DNA from: Escherichia phage phiAPCEc03
Reading direction: 5' to 3' (one strand)
DNA: 64,000 nt
Sequence record: NC_047754.1
The notes under the pieces are model-generated. The model did not search any database. It saw nothing but the letters and a program-made list of their open reading frames with translations, and was not told the DNA's origin. How positions within the stretch are numbered: the first letter of the stretch is position 1; every line of letters begins with the position of its first letter. A program made the position numbers and the translations under genes. Positions 46,478 to 56,262 of this stretch are shown here, one piece after another.

Positions 46478-46509
46478 GGCTCTGGGTGATTTGCCCAGAG
46501 CCTTTTTTA
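46478..46509 (+). terminator. rho-independent terminator
   Basis: Hairpin GGCTCTGGG...CCCAGAGCC plus TTTTTT. Confidence 0.75.
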
Positions 46510-46525
46510 TTGGGAAAAATAAAAT

Positions 46526-49500
46526 ATGACTGATAAGCTAATACGAGAATTACTAATAGACGTTAAACAGAAGGGGGCAACCCGTACTGCAAAGTCTATT
46601 GAAAACGTATCTGATGCATTAGAAAATGCTGCTGCTGCTTCCGAACTGACAAATGAACAGTTAGGTAAAATGCCCAAAACTCTATATTCCATTGAGAGGG
46701 CAGCAGATAGAGCAGCGAAAAGTCTTACTAAAATGCAAGCTAGCAGAGGTATGCTTAGTATTACTAAATCTATTAATGATATAGGAGCTAAGTTAGATGA
46801 TCTCGCTATTACAATGATTGAAGTAGCAGATAAATTAGAAGTCGGATTTGATGGAGTTTCTAGATCTGTTAAAACAATGGGCAATGATGTTGCAGCTGCA
46901 ACAGAGAAGGTTCAAGATAGGTTATATGATACTAATAGGGCTTTAGGAGGTACGGCTAAAGGCTTTAATGATACTACTGGTGCTGCTGGTAGAGCTTCTA
47001 GAGCTATTGGTAATACTTCTGGTTCAGCACGTGGTGCAACTCGTGATTTTGCAGCAATGGCTAAAATTGGTGGTAGTTTACCTATTATGTACGCAGCTCT
47101 TGCTTCCAATATCTTCGTTCTGCAATCCGCGTTCGAACAACTTAAACTAGGTGATCAGTTAAATCGTCTAGAAAAATTTGGTGTTATAGTAGGTACTCAG
47201 ACTGGTACTCCTGTTCAGTCTCTTGCTAGATCACTACAAGAAGCTGCCGGGTATGCTATCTCCTTTGAAGAAGCAATGAGACAAGCATCCTCAGCGTCCG
47301 CTTATGGCTTTGATGCCGAACAACTTAATAAATTTGGTTTAGTAGCTCGTCGTGCTGCTGCTGTTCTTGGTGTTGATATGACTGATGCACTTAACCGTGT
47401 AATTAGGGGCGTATCTAAACAAGAAATCGAACTTCTGGATGAACTTGGTGTCACCATCCGTCTTAATGACGCATACGCTGATTATGTTAAACAGTTAAAT
47501 GCTGCAAACACAGGTATAACATATAATGTTAATAGTCTTACCACTTTCCAGAAACAACAAGCATACGCTAACGCGGTAATTGCTGAATCTACTAAGCGGT
47601 TTGGCTACCTAGATGAAGTACTACGTGCAACTCCATGGGAGCAATTTGCTGCTAATGCAGATGCTGCACTAAGAAAAATACAACAAGCTGCTGCTAAGTA
47701 TTTAGGGCCAGTAATTGATGCTATCAACACAGTATTTTATACATCTCAGGCTTCTATATCTGCTGAGGCAGCTAGAGCTCAAGAAAAAACTAATAGACAG
47801 ATAGACCCTACCAACGTTGGTGCTGTTGCTTTAAGTTTAGCTGCTTCTGAAGAAGGCTATAATAAAGCTCTAGATATGTATAAGGAATCTCTTGATAAGC
47901 GTAATAAGCTAAAATCTGAGTTCGATAAACGAATGGAACAAGCAGATTTCTATACAAAACTAGCTATACGTCAAGTTGGTGAAGGTATTCCTGTTGGTCT
48001 TGCAGCAGCAGGTGCTTCGGAGGCCAATAAGCAATTTGTAGCAGAAACTGCAGCTATGGGTTTACAAGTAACTAGACTTGGTAAAGAAGTAGAGGATTCT
48101 ACTGAAAACCTCAATGCTTGGAAATCAGCGTATCAAGCTGCTGGAGCTGCTGCTGCAAAAGCTAACCCCGAGTTTCAGAAGCAAATTAATCTACAGAGAG
48201 ATACTACTGATCCTGATGCTGTATACGATTTTAACTCTACTGTATTAAAAGGACTAACTGAGCAGCAGAAAGCGTACAATCAGACTAAGAAAACTGCTAG
48301 TGACTTAGCTAATGATATACAGAACGTTGCTCAGAATACAGATACTGCTGCTAAAACTAGTACTACGTTAGCAGATGCTATAAAAAACATAGAATCTCTA
48401 TCTCTAGGTACGGGTAAAAGTGCAGATGAGTATGTTAAAAATCTTAATTTAGGCTATAATACGTTATCTGAGATGAAAACTGCTTCTCAGGCCTTGTCCG
48501 AGTATGTTAAACTAACTGGTAATGAAACTAAAAATCAGTTAGCAGTTCAACAGAAAATAGCCGATGTGTATAATCAAACTAAGGATAAGGAAAAGGCTCA
48601 GGAAGCTGGTAGACGTTTAGAGTTGCAACAGTTAGAAGAGCAAGAAGCTGCTTTACGCCGTGTTCTTCAAACAAACCAGGGAAATAAAGCTGTTGAGAAA
48701 GAAATTGAAAAAATTCAGCTGGAGAAACTTAAACTTACCAATCAGGGTATGGAGGCCCAGAAGAAGATTAAGGATTATACAGATAAAATCCTGGGTGTAG
48801 ATCGTGAGATAGCTCTTCTGAATGACCGCACTATGACTACTACTCAATATAGATTAGCTCAGCTAAAACTAGAACTAACTATAGAGAAAGAGAAGTACGA
48901 ATGGTATACAAAACAAGCGGACAAACAGAAAGAGGCAGAACAGTCTAGACGTGCTCAAGCACAAATAAGCAGAGAAATATGGGAAGCGGAGAAACAGGCA
49001 ACTGCCTCACATGTATCAGCTCTCATGGATGCGCTAGAGGTCAGCCAAACGCAGAGGAATGTTACTGGTCAATCTCAAATTCTTACTGAAAGATTATCCA
49101 TTCTGCAGCAACAGCTGGAGCTGTCTAAGGGCAATACTGAGGAAGAAATTAAATATCGTAATGAGATTTATAAAACTTCGGCGGCCTTAGAGCAGCTTAG
49201 AAAACAGAGAGATATCCAGATGCAGCAACAGGTGGGATCTTCTGTAGGTGCTGTATATACTCCTACAACTGGACTATCTGGGGAGGATAAAGATTTTGCT
49301 GATATGCAAAATAGAATGGCTTCTTATGATCAGGCAATCTCTAAACTATCTGAATTAAATTCTGAAGCAACCGCTGTGGCTCAAAGTATGGGTAACTTAA
49401 CTAACGCTATGATTCAGTTCTCTCAGGGATCCCTAGATACTACCTCCTTGATTGCTTCTGGCATGCAAACTGTATCTTCTATGATTCAGTATAGTACTAG

Positions 49501-50206
49501 TCAACAGGTTAGTGCAATTGATCAGGCTATTGCAGCAGAACAGAAACGTGATGGTAAATCAGAAGCATCTAAAGCTAAGTTGAAGAAGTTGGAAGCTGAA
49601 AAGCTGAAGATTCAACAAGACGCAGCTAAGAAGCAGATTATCATCCAAACTGCAGTAGCTGTAATGCAAGCGGCAACAGCTGTACCATACCCGTTCTCTA
49701 TTCCTTTAATGGTTGCGGCAGGTTTAGCGGGTGCATTGGCGTTAGCACAAGCATCTTCTGCATCTGGTATGTCAAGTATTGCTGATTCTGGGGCGGATAC
49801 AACTAGTTACTTAACCTTAGGAGAGCGTCAGAAGAATATAGATGTGTCCATGTCTGCTAATGCAGGTGAACTATCTTATATTCGTGGCGATCAAGGTATA
49901 GGTAGTGCCAACTCTTTCGTTCCTCGTGCTGAGGGTGGTAATATGTATCCAGGGGTTAGCTATCAAATGGGTGAGCATGGTACAGAAGTAGTTACCCCTA
50001 TGGTTCCTATGAAAGCTACACCTAATGATGAGCTAAAAACCTCGTCTAACTCAACTTCAGGAAGACCTATCATCCTGAATATTAGTGCTATGGATGCTGC
50101 AAGTTTTAGAGAGTTTGCTTCTAGTAATAGTGGTGCTCTAAGAGACGCGGTAGAATTAGCTCTGAATGAGAACGGTGCTAGTCTGAAAACATTAGGAAAT
50201 TCTTAA
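46526..50206 (+). CDS. tape measure protein (pb2-like)
   Basis: 1226-aa Ala/Gln-rich coiled-coil protein with hydrophobic segment near the C-terminus. Confidence 0.85.
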   Translation: MTDKLIRELLIDVKQKGATRTAKSIENVSDALENAAAASELTNEQLGKMPKTLYSIERAADRAAKSLTKMQASRGMLSITKSINDIGAKLDDLAITMIEVADKLEVGFDGVSRSVKTMGNDVAAATEKVQDRLYDTNRALGGTAKGFNDTTGAAGRASRAIGNTSGSARGATRDFAAMAKIGGSLPIMYAALASNIFVLQSAFEQLKLGDQLNRLEKFGVIVGTQTGTPVQSLARSLQEAAGYAISFEEAMRQASSASAYGFDAEQLNKFGLVARRAAAVLGVDMTDALNRVIRGVSKQEIELLDELGVTIRLNDAYADYVKQLNAANTGITYNVNSLTTFQKQQAYANAVIAESTKRFGYLDEVLRATPWEQFAANADAALRKIQQAAAKYLGPVIDAINTVFYTSQASISAEAARAQEKTNRQIDPTNVGAVALSLAASEEGYNKALDMYKESLDKRNKLKSEFDKRMEQADFYTKLAIRQVGEGIPVGLAAAGASEANKQFVAETAAMGLQVTRLGKEVEDSTENLNAWKSAYQAAGAAAAKANPEFQKQINLQRDTTDPDAVYDFNSTVLKGLTEQQKAYNQTKKTASDLANDIQNVAQNTDTAAKTSTTLADAIKNIESLSLGTGKSADEYVKNLNLGYNTLSEMKTASQALSEYVKLTGNETKNQLAVQQKIADVYNQTKDKEKAQEAGRRLELQQLEEQEAALRRVLQTNQGNKAVEKEIEKIQLEKLKLTNQGMEAQKKIKDYTDKILGVDREIALLNDRTMTTTQYRLAQLKLELTIEKEKYEWYTKQADKQKEAEQSRRAQAQISREIWEAEKQATASHVSALMDALEVSQTQRNVTGQSQILTERLSILQQQLELSKGNTEEEIKYRNEIYKTSAALEQLRKQRDIQMQQQVGSSVGAVYTPTTGLSGEDKDFADMQNRMASYDQAISKLSELNSEATAVAQSMGNLTNAMIQFSQGSLDTTSLIASGMQTVSSMIQYSTSQQVSAIDQAIAAEQKRDGKSEASKAKLKKLEAEKLKIQQDAAKKQIIIQTAVAVMQAATAVPYPFSIPLMVAAGLAGALALAQASSASGMSSIADSGADTTSYLTLGERQKNIDVSMSANAGELSYIRGDQGIGSANSFVPRAEGGNMYPGVSYQMGEHGTEVVTPMVPMKATPNDELKTSSNSTSGRPIILNISAMDAASFREFASSNSGALRDAVELALNENGASLKTLGNS

Positions 50207-50210
50207 AACT

Positions 50211-50240
50211 GGAGGAGGACTTTGAGTCCTCCTTTTCTTT
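50211..50240 (+). terminator. rho-independent terminator
   Basis: Hairpin GGAGGAGGAC...GTCCTCC plus T-tract. Confidence 0.7.
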
Positions 50241-50259
50241 ATGGAAAAATAAAAATTTC

Positions 50260-50300
50260 TTGATAAAATTTTCTAATACTATTATAATAATTGTATCTAA
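50260..50300 (+). promoter_or_regulatory. sigma70-type promoter upstream of distal tail genes
   Basis: -35 TTGATA, 17-bp spacer, -10 TATAAT, followed by strong RBS AAGAGGAGAAATTAACTATG. Confidence 0.5.
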
Positions 50301-50315
50301 GAGGAGAAATTAACT

Positions 50316-50930
50316 ATGAGATTACCAGACCCATACACGAATCCAGAACTTTCAGGATTAGGATTCGAAAGTGTTAACCTGATTGATAATGACCCAGTAA
50401 TTCGTGATGAGTTACCAAATGGTAAAGTTAACGAAGTTAAGGTATCTGCTCAATACTGGGGTATAAATATTTCTTATCCAGAATTATTTCCAGATGAATA
50501 TAATGTTCTAGATGCTTTTATTCTAGAATACAAAAGGACTGGTAGTTATATAGATGTTATATTACCCCAATACGAAGCTTTTAGAGTTAGAGGTAATACT
50601 AACTTAGTAAATATACCAGCAGGACAAAAAGGTTCCAATATTACTATGGATACAAAAGGTGTTCTTACCGGTATCCCTAAACCAGGTGATTTATTTAAAT
50701 TATCCAATCACCCAAAAGTTTATAAAATAACATCATTTAATAGATCTGGTAATTCATGGTCTATTAACGTATACCCTGATTTATTTGTAACGACTACTGG
50801 AGCTGAAAAACCAGTATTTAATGGGATACTGTTTAGAACAAAACTCATGAATGGTGATGCTTTCGGATCTACATTAAATAATAACGGAACGTATTCCGGC
50901 ATCTCATTAAATTTACGGGAAAGTTTATGA
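50316..50930 (+). CDS. distal tail protein (pb9-like)
   Basis: 204 aa, same as T5 pb9; follows the tape measure gene. Confidence 0.7.
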   Translation: MRLPDPYTNPELSGLGFESVNLIDNDPVIRDELPNGKVNEVKVSAQYWGINISYPELFPDEYNVLDAFILEYKRTGSYIDVILPQYEAFRVRGNTNLVNIPAGQKGSNITMDTKGVLTGIPKPGDLFKLSNHPKVYKITSFNRSGNSWSINVYPDLFVTTTGAEKPVFNGILFRTKLMNGDAFGSTLNNNGTYSGISLNLRESL

Positions 50931-53776
50931 AAAAAATACTAGATAGTGCTAGAAACTACTTAAAAAATAATAGCAGAATAAAAACTGCTAGTCTAATTTC
51001 CCTAGAATTACCTGGCTCTACTGGTACTAGTACTGCTTTTATTTATTTAACTGATTATTTTAGAGATGTACTATATAATGGTATTTTGTACCAGGCCGGT
51101 AAGGTTAAGTCCATTAGCACACATAAACAAAATAGAGATTTATCTATTGGCAGTCTATCTTTTACTATTACAGGTACAGCGCAGGATGAAGTACTAAAAC
51201 TAGTGCAAAATGGTGTATCCTTCTTAGATAGAACCGTATCAATTCATCAAGCAATTATTACTGAAGATGGTTCTATTCTACCAGTAGACCCCGATACAAA
51301 TGGTCCTTTACTATATTTTAGAGGGAGGATTACTGGAGGGGGTATTAAAGATAACATTAGTACCTCTGGAGTAGGAACCTCTACAATTACCTGGAATTGT
51401 TCTAACCAATTCTATGACTTTGATAGAGTTAATGGTAGATATACTGATGACGCTTCCCATAGGGGGCTTGAAGTTGTAGCTGGACAGTTAGTACCATCTA
51501 ATGGTGCTAAAAGACCAGAGTATCAAGAAGACTACGGCTTCTTCCACTCTAATAAAAGTATCTCTATCCTAGCAAAATATCAGGTTCAAGAAGAAAGATA
51601 CAAGCTAAAATCAAAGAAAAAATTATTTGGTTTATCTAGAAGCTACAGCCTTAAAAAATACTATGAAACTGTCACTAAGGAAGTGGATATAGATTTTAAC
51701 CTTGCTGCTAAATACATACCGGTGGTTTATGGAGTTCAAAAAATTCCTGGAATACCCATTTTTGCTGATACAGAACTACACAATCCCAACATAGTTTATG
51801 TCGTATACGCCTTTGCTGAGGGGGAGATTGATGGTTTTCTTGATTTCTCCTTTGGTGATAACCCTATGATCTGCGTAGATGCTAATGACAGCTCCGCTAG
51901 AACCTGCTTTGGTACTAAAAAAATAGCAGGAGATACAATGCAGAGGATAGCATCTGGAACCTCTTCTAGTAGTCCATCCGTCCATGGTCAAGAGTATAAG
52001 TATAATGATGGAAATGGTGACATAAGGATTTGGACTTATCACGGAAAATCTGATCAAACAGCCTCTGAAGTACTAGTAGATATAGCTAAAGAACGTGGAT
52101 TCTACCTTCAGAATATGAATGGCAATGGGCCGGAGTACTGGGATGCTAGATATAAGCTACTAGATACTGCATACGCAGTGGTGCGCTTCACTATTAATGA
52201 AAATAGGACTGAGATTCCAGAAGTTAGTGCTGAAATTCAAGGTAAAAAAGTAAAAGTCTATCATTCTGATGGTAGAGTAACTGCTAATAGTACTAGTTTA
52301 AATGGTATTTGGCAAACACTTGATTACTTAACCTCTGATAGATATGGCGCTAATATTACCATTGATCAGTTCCCCCTTCAGCAATTAATACAGGAAGCAT
52401 CTATTTTAGATATTATAGATGAATCCTATCAGGTATCTTGGCAGCCATATTGGAGATACGTTGGGTGGACTGATCCACTAGCAGAAAATAGACAAATAGT
52501 ACAAATGAATACTATTCTGGATACATCTGAATCAGTATTTAAAAATGTGCAAGGTTTGTTAGAGTCCTATGGTGGGGCTATTAACAATTTATCTGGCCAG
52601 TATAGGGTTACTGTAGAAAAATACTCTAATACTCCCTTAGAGATTAATTTTCTAGATACTTACGGTGATTTGGAGCTATCAGATACTACTGGTAGAAATA
52701 AATTCAACTCAGTTCAAGCATCTATCGTAGATCCCGCCCTTAGCTGGAAAACTAATTCTATTACATTCTATAATTCCAAGTATAAGGAACAGGACAAGAA
52801 CCTAGATAAAAAATTACAACTATCTTTTGCTAATATTACTAACTACTATACTGCAAGAAGTTTTGCGGATAGAGAACTTAAGAAATCCAGATACTCAAGA
52901 ACACTTTCTTTCTCATTACCATACCAGTTCATAGGGATTGAACCCAATGATGCTATTGCATTCACGTATGACCGTTACGGGTGGAACAGAAAGTATTTCC
53001 TAGTTGATGAGGTTGAAAACTCTAGAGAGGGTAAGATAAATGTTACCTTACAGGAGTATGGAGAGGATGTATTCATCAACTCTGAGCAGGTTGATAATAG
53101 CGGTAATGATATTCCTGATATTAGTAACAATGTCCTTCCTCCTAGAGACTTTAAATATACTCCTACTCCTGGCGGTTTAGTAGGCTCTATAGGTAAAAAT
53201 GGTGAGTTATCCTGGCTTCCGAGTCTAACCAATAATGTAGTTTACTACTCTATTGTGCACTCAGGCCATGCCGAACCTTACATAATACAACAGTTAGAGA
53301 CCAATCCTAACGAACGTATGATCCAAGAAATAATTGGGGAACCAGCAGGTCTGGCTATATTTGAGATAAGGGCAGTAGATATTAATGGTAGAAGAAGTTC
53401 CCCGGTGACTCTGTCTATAGAACTTAACTCTGCTAAAAACCTTAGTGTAGTATCTAATTTTAGGGTAACTAATACGGCCTCTGGGGATGTAACTGAGTTT
53501 GTCGGCCCAGATGTAAAACTAGCTTGGGATAGGATACCGGAAGAAGATATAATAGAGAGTATATTTTATACCCTTGAAATACACGATTCACAAAATAGGA
53601 TGTTAAGAAGTGTACGTATTGAAAATCAGTATACTTATGACTATTTATTAACGTATAATAAGGCAGATTTTGCTCTCCAGAACAGCGGTGCTCTAGGTAT
53701 AAATAGAAAATTGTATTTTCGTATTAGGGCTGAGGGGAATGATGGAGAACAGTCTGTGGAGTGGGCATCCATTTAA
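50927..53776 (+). CDS. baseplate hub protein (pb3-like)
   Basis: 949 aa, same as T5 pb3. Confidence 0.75.
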   Translation: MKKILDSARNYLKNNSRIKTASLISLELPGSTGTSTAFIYLTDYFRDVLYNGILYQAGKVKSISTHKQNRDLSIGSLSFTITGTAQDEVLKLVQNGVSFLDRTVSIHQAIITEDGSILPVDPDTNGPLLYFRGRITGGGIKDNISTSGVGTSTITWNCSNQFYDFDRVNGRYTDDASHRGLEVVAGQLVPSNGAKRPEYQEDYGFFHSNKSISILAKYQVQEERYKLKSKKKLFGLSRSYSLKKYYETVTKEVDIDFNLAAKYIPVVYGVQKIPGIPIFADTELHNPNIVYVVYAFAEGEIDGFLDFSFGDNPMICVDANDSSARTCFGTKKIAGDTMQRIASGTSSSSPSVHGQEYKYNDGNGDIRIWTYHGKSDQTASEVLVDIAKERGFYLQNMNGNGPEYWDARYKLLDTAYAVVRFTINENRTEIPEVSAEIQGKKVKVYHSDGRVTANSTSLNGIWQTLDYLTSDRYGANITIDQFPLQQLIQEASILDIIDESYQVSWQPYWRYVGWTDPLAENRQIVQMNTILDTSESVFKNVQGLLESYGGAINNLSGQYRVTVEKYSNTPLEINFLDTYGDLELSDTTGRNKFNSVQASIVDPALSWKTNSITFYNSKYKEQDKNLDKKLQLSFANITNYYTARSFADRELKKSRYSRTLSFSLPYQFIGIEPNDAIAFTYDRYGWNRKYFLVDEVENSREGKINVTLQEYGEDVFINSEQVDNSGNDIPDISNNVLPPRDFKYTPTPGGLVGSIGKNGELSWLPSLTNNVVYYSIVHSGHAEPYIIQQLETNPNERMIQEIIGEPAGLAIFEIRAVDINGRRSSPVTLSIELNSAKNLSVVSNFRVTNTASGDVTEFVGPDVKLAWDRIPEEDIIESIFYTLEIHDSQNRMLRSVRIENQYTYDYLLTYNKADFALQNSGALGINRKLYFRIRAEGNDGEQSVEWASI

Positions 53777-55833
53777 TGATTTCAAATAATGCACCAGCCA
53801 AAATGGTCTTAAATAGTATAATGACTGGATATACTTTGGCTTATGTCCAGCACTCCATTTATACTGATTATGATGTTATTGGTAGATCTTTTTGGTTAAA
53901 AATAGGAGAAAGTATAGATAGACGTGATTACACCGGTATAGATACTTTCTTCGTAATGATTAATAATCTAACCCCCTCTACCTCCTATGAGATTCAGGGG
54001 GCTTTCTATGACTCAATTATTGACTCAGAGTTACTGGAAGCTAAGATTGGTATCAACCTCTCTAATGAAACTAATTTTAGAACAAAGGAAAAGCCAATAA
54101 TTGTTGCAGCAAGATCTGAATCAGAACCCGTCGACGTTGGTGTTGGTGCTCCAATAGTTGTTGTAGAGACTGCTGGTGAAGCTAGTTACTGCACTATTGA
54201 ATTAAAAAGTACTGCATCAGAAGACAGTGAATGGGTTAAGTATTATATAGGTGCGCTGGGACCTACTATCAAATTTGGTGGTGTTCCTGTTGGAGACTAT
54301 AAGATCAGAATATCTGGTCAAGTTACGATGCCAGATGGTGTTACAGTTGACTCATCTGGCTATTATGAATATCCTAGCGTTTTCACTGTAGCTTATAATT
54401 TCGTACCACCTACTGCACCTACTAACATTGCCTTTAAAACTGCACGAATCGCAGACGGTAAGGAACGATATGATGTTAGAATAGAATGGGACTGGGAACG
54501 TGGTGCTGGTGCTAATGTCCGTGAATTTCTGGTTACTTATATAAACTCTGAAGAATACGCTAAGACTGGTTGGGCTAAAGCTCAAAAGATAAACGTTGGG
54601 GCTGCTAGAGCTGCAACAATTATATCATTCCCATGGAAAGTTGAGCATACTTTTAAGGTATCATCAATTGCCTGGGGACCAAATAAGCAAGATATAACAG
54701 AATCAGCTCCTGTAACATTTATATTGAATGAAGATACTCCTCTAGACAACAGCTTTGTCAATGAGACGGGTATTGATGTTAATTATGCCTTTATTAAGGG
54801 CAGCATGAAAGATGGAGAAATCTGGAGACAGACATTCTTAATCGATGCAGCTACTGGTGCTATTAACATTGGTCTGCTAGATGAAGAAGGAAAAGCACCT
54901 ATTTCTTTTGACCCTATAAACCGTGTTGTTAACGTTGATGGTAAAGTAATTACTAGAGATATTAATGCTGCGAACTTTATCATGACTAACTTATCTGGTA
55001 AGGATAACCCAGCAATTTACACTCAAGGTAAATCTTGGGGGGATAATAACTCCGGTATTTGGATGGGTATGGATAATACCTCTGCCAAAGCTAAGTTAGA
55101 CATTGGTAATGCCACACAGTGGATTCGTTATGATGGTGATGTGCTACGTATTTCTAGTGGAGTAGTTATTGGAACTCCTAATGGCGATGTAGATCTTGGT
55201 ACTGGTATGCAAGGTAAGCAAACAGTATTTGTTTATAAGTTAGCAACATCTCTACCTGCTAAACCACTAGAACAAGATTATCCGCCTCCTGGTTGGTCAA
55301 AAACTCCACCTAACCGTACAGATATGACACAAAATATCTATGCCACTACAGGTACACTTGATCCCGTTACTAACAAACTTCTTGAAGGTACTAGCTGGTC
55401 TGATGTAGTTCAGTGGAGTGGTACTGAGGGTACTATAGGACATGATGGACAACGTGGTCCTGGGATGTACTCCTTAGGTATTCCTGGTCTTGGAGGCTGG
55501 GATGATGGACAAGCTAATGCCTTCTTCCAGAATAACTTTGGTAGTCCTCCTGTTAGATATGATGTATTAACCGAATTTAATAGTAATGCTCCACAATCAG
55601 CATTTACCAGACAATGGAATGGATCTGGGTGGGTGAACCCTGCAATGGTTCTTCATGGGAACATGATTGTTAATGGAACAGTGACGGCAGATAAAATTGT
55701 AGCAGGAAATGCTTTCTTGTCTCAAATTGGTGTTAATATCATTTATGATAGAAATGCTGCGTTATCCTGGAATCCTGAGGCATACTACAAGATGAAGATA
55801 GACCTAAATAGTGGGTATATCCATATAAGGTAA
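53761..55833 (+). CDS. central tail fiber / baseplate protein (pb4-like)
   Basis: 690 aa, about T5 pb4 size. Confidence 0.7.
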   Translation: MGIHLMISNNAPAKMVLNSIMTGYTLAYVQHSIYTDYDVIGRSFWLKIGESIDRRDYTGIDTFFVMINNLTPSTSYEIQGAFYDSIIDSELLEAKIGINLSNETNFRTKEKPIIVAARSESEPVDVGVGAPIVVVETAGEASYCTIELKSTASEDSEWVKYYIGALGPTIKFGGVPVGDYKIRISGQVTMPDGVTVDSSGYYEYPSVFTVAYNFVPPTAPTNIAFKTARIADGKERYDVRIEWDWERGAGANVREFLVTYINSEEYAKTGWAKAQKINVGAARAATIISFPWKVEHTFKVSSIAWGPNKQDITESAPVTFILNEDTPLDNSFVNETGIDVNYAFIKGSMKDGEIWRQTFLIDAATGAINIGLLDEEGKAPISFDPINRVVNVDGKVITRDINAANFIMTNLSGKDNPAIYTQGKSWGDNNSGIWMGMDNTSAKAKLDIGNATQWIRYDGDVLRISSGVVIGTPNGDVDLGTGMQGKQTVFVYKLATSLPAKPLEQDYPPPGWSKTPPNRTDMTQNIYATTGTLDPVTNKLLEGTSWSDVVQWSGTEGTIGHDGQRGPGMYSLGIPGLGGWDDGQANAFFQNNFGSPPVRYDVLTEFNSNAPQSAFTRQWNGSGWVNPAMVLHGNMIVNGTVTADKIVAGNAFLSQIGVNIIYDRNAALSWNPEAYYKMKIDLNSGYIHIR

Positions 55834-55839
55834 TAAATA

Positions 55840-56262
55840 ATGAGTACTGAAAATAGAGTTATAGACTTAGTAATAGATGAGAAAGTACCTTATGGTCTAA
55901 TGATGCAATTCTTAGATGTTGATGATAGTACTTATCCCCCTACAAACACCCCTGTTAACTTAACAGGGTATTCTCTAAAGGGTACTATAAAGAATAGCCT
56001 TGATGAGAATGCGGAAACTTTGGCATCTTTTACTACTAAAATTATTGATGCTGCTCAAGGTGCTATAGCTATAAGTTTACCTGTAGAGGCGGTAGATAAT
56101 ATTGGTGAAAAAGCCACCAAAGAGAGAGATAAGTATAACCCTCGCCAACGTTTTGCAGGATACTATGATATAATTATGACACGAGATGTCATAGGATCAG
56201 CTATTAGCTCTTTTCGTATAATGGAGGGTAAAGTATTTATCAGTGATGGGGTAACTAGATAA
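55840..56262 (+). CDS. collar protein (p132-like)
   Basis: 140 aa, immediately upstream of the tail fiber genes. Confidence 0.55.
   Translation: MSTENRVIDLVIDEKVPYGLMMQFLDVDDSTYPPTNTPVNLTGYSLKGTIKNSLDENAETLASFTTKIIDAAQGAIAISLPVEAVDNIGEKATKERDKYNPRQRFAGYYDIIMTRDVIGSAISSFRIMEGKVFISDGVTR

Noticed and set aside
46507-47150. Antisense and alternative-frame ORFs at the start of the tape measure gene
   Set aside because: Embedded in the 1226-aa tape measure ORF; Ala-rich coding sequence commonly leaves open antisense frames.
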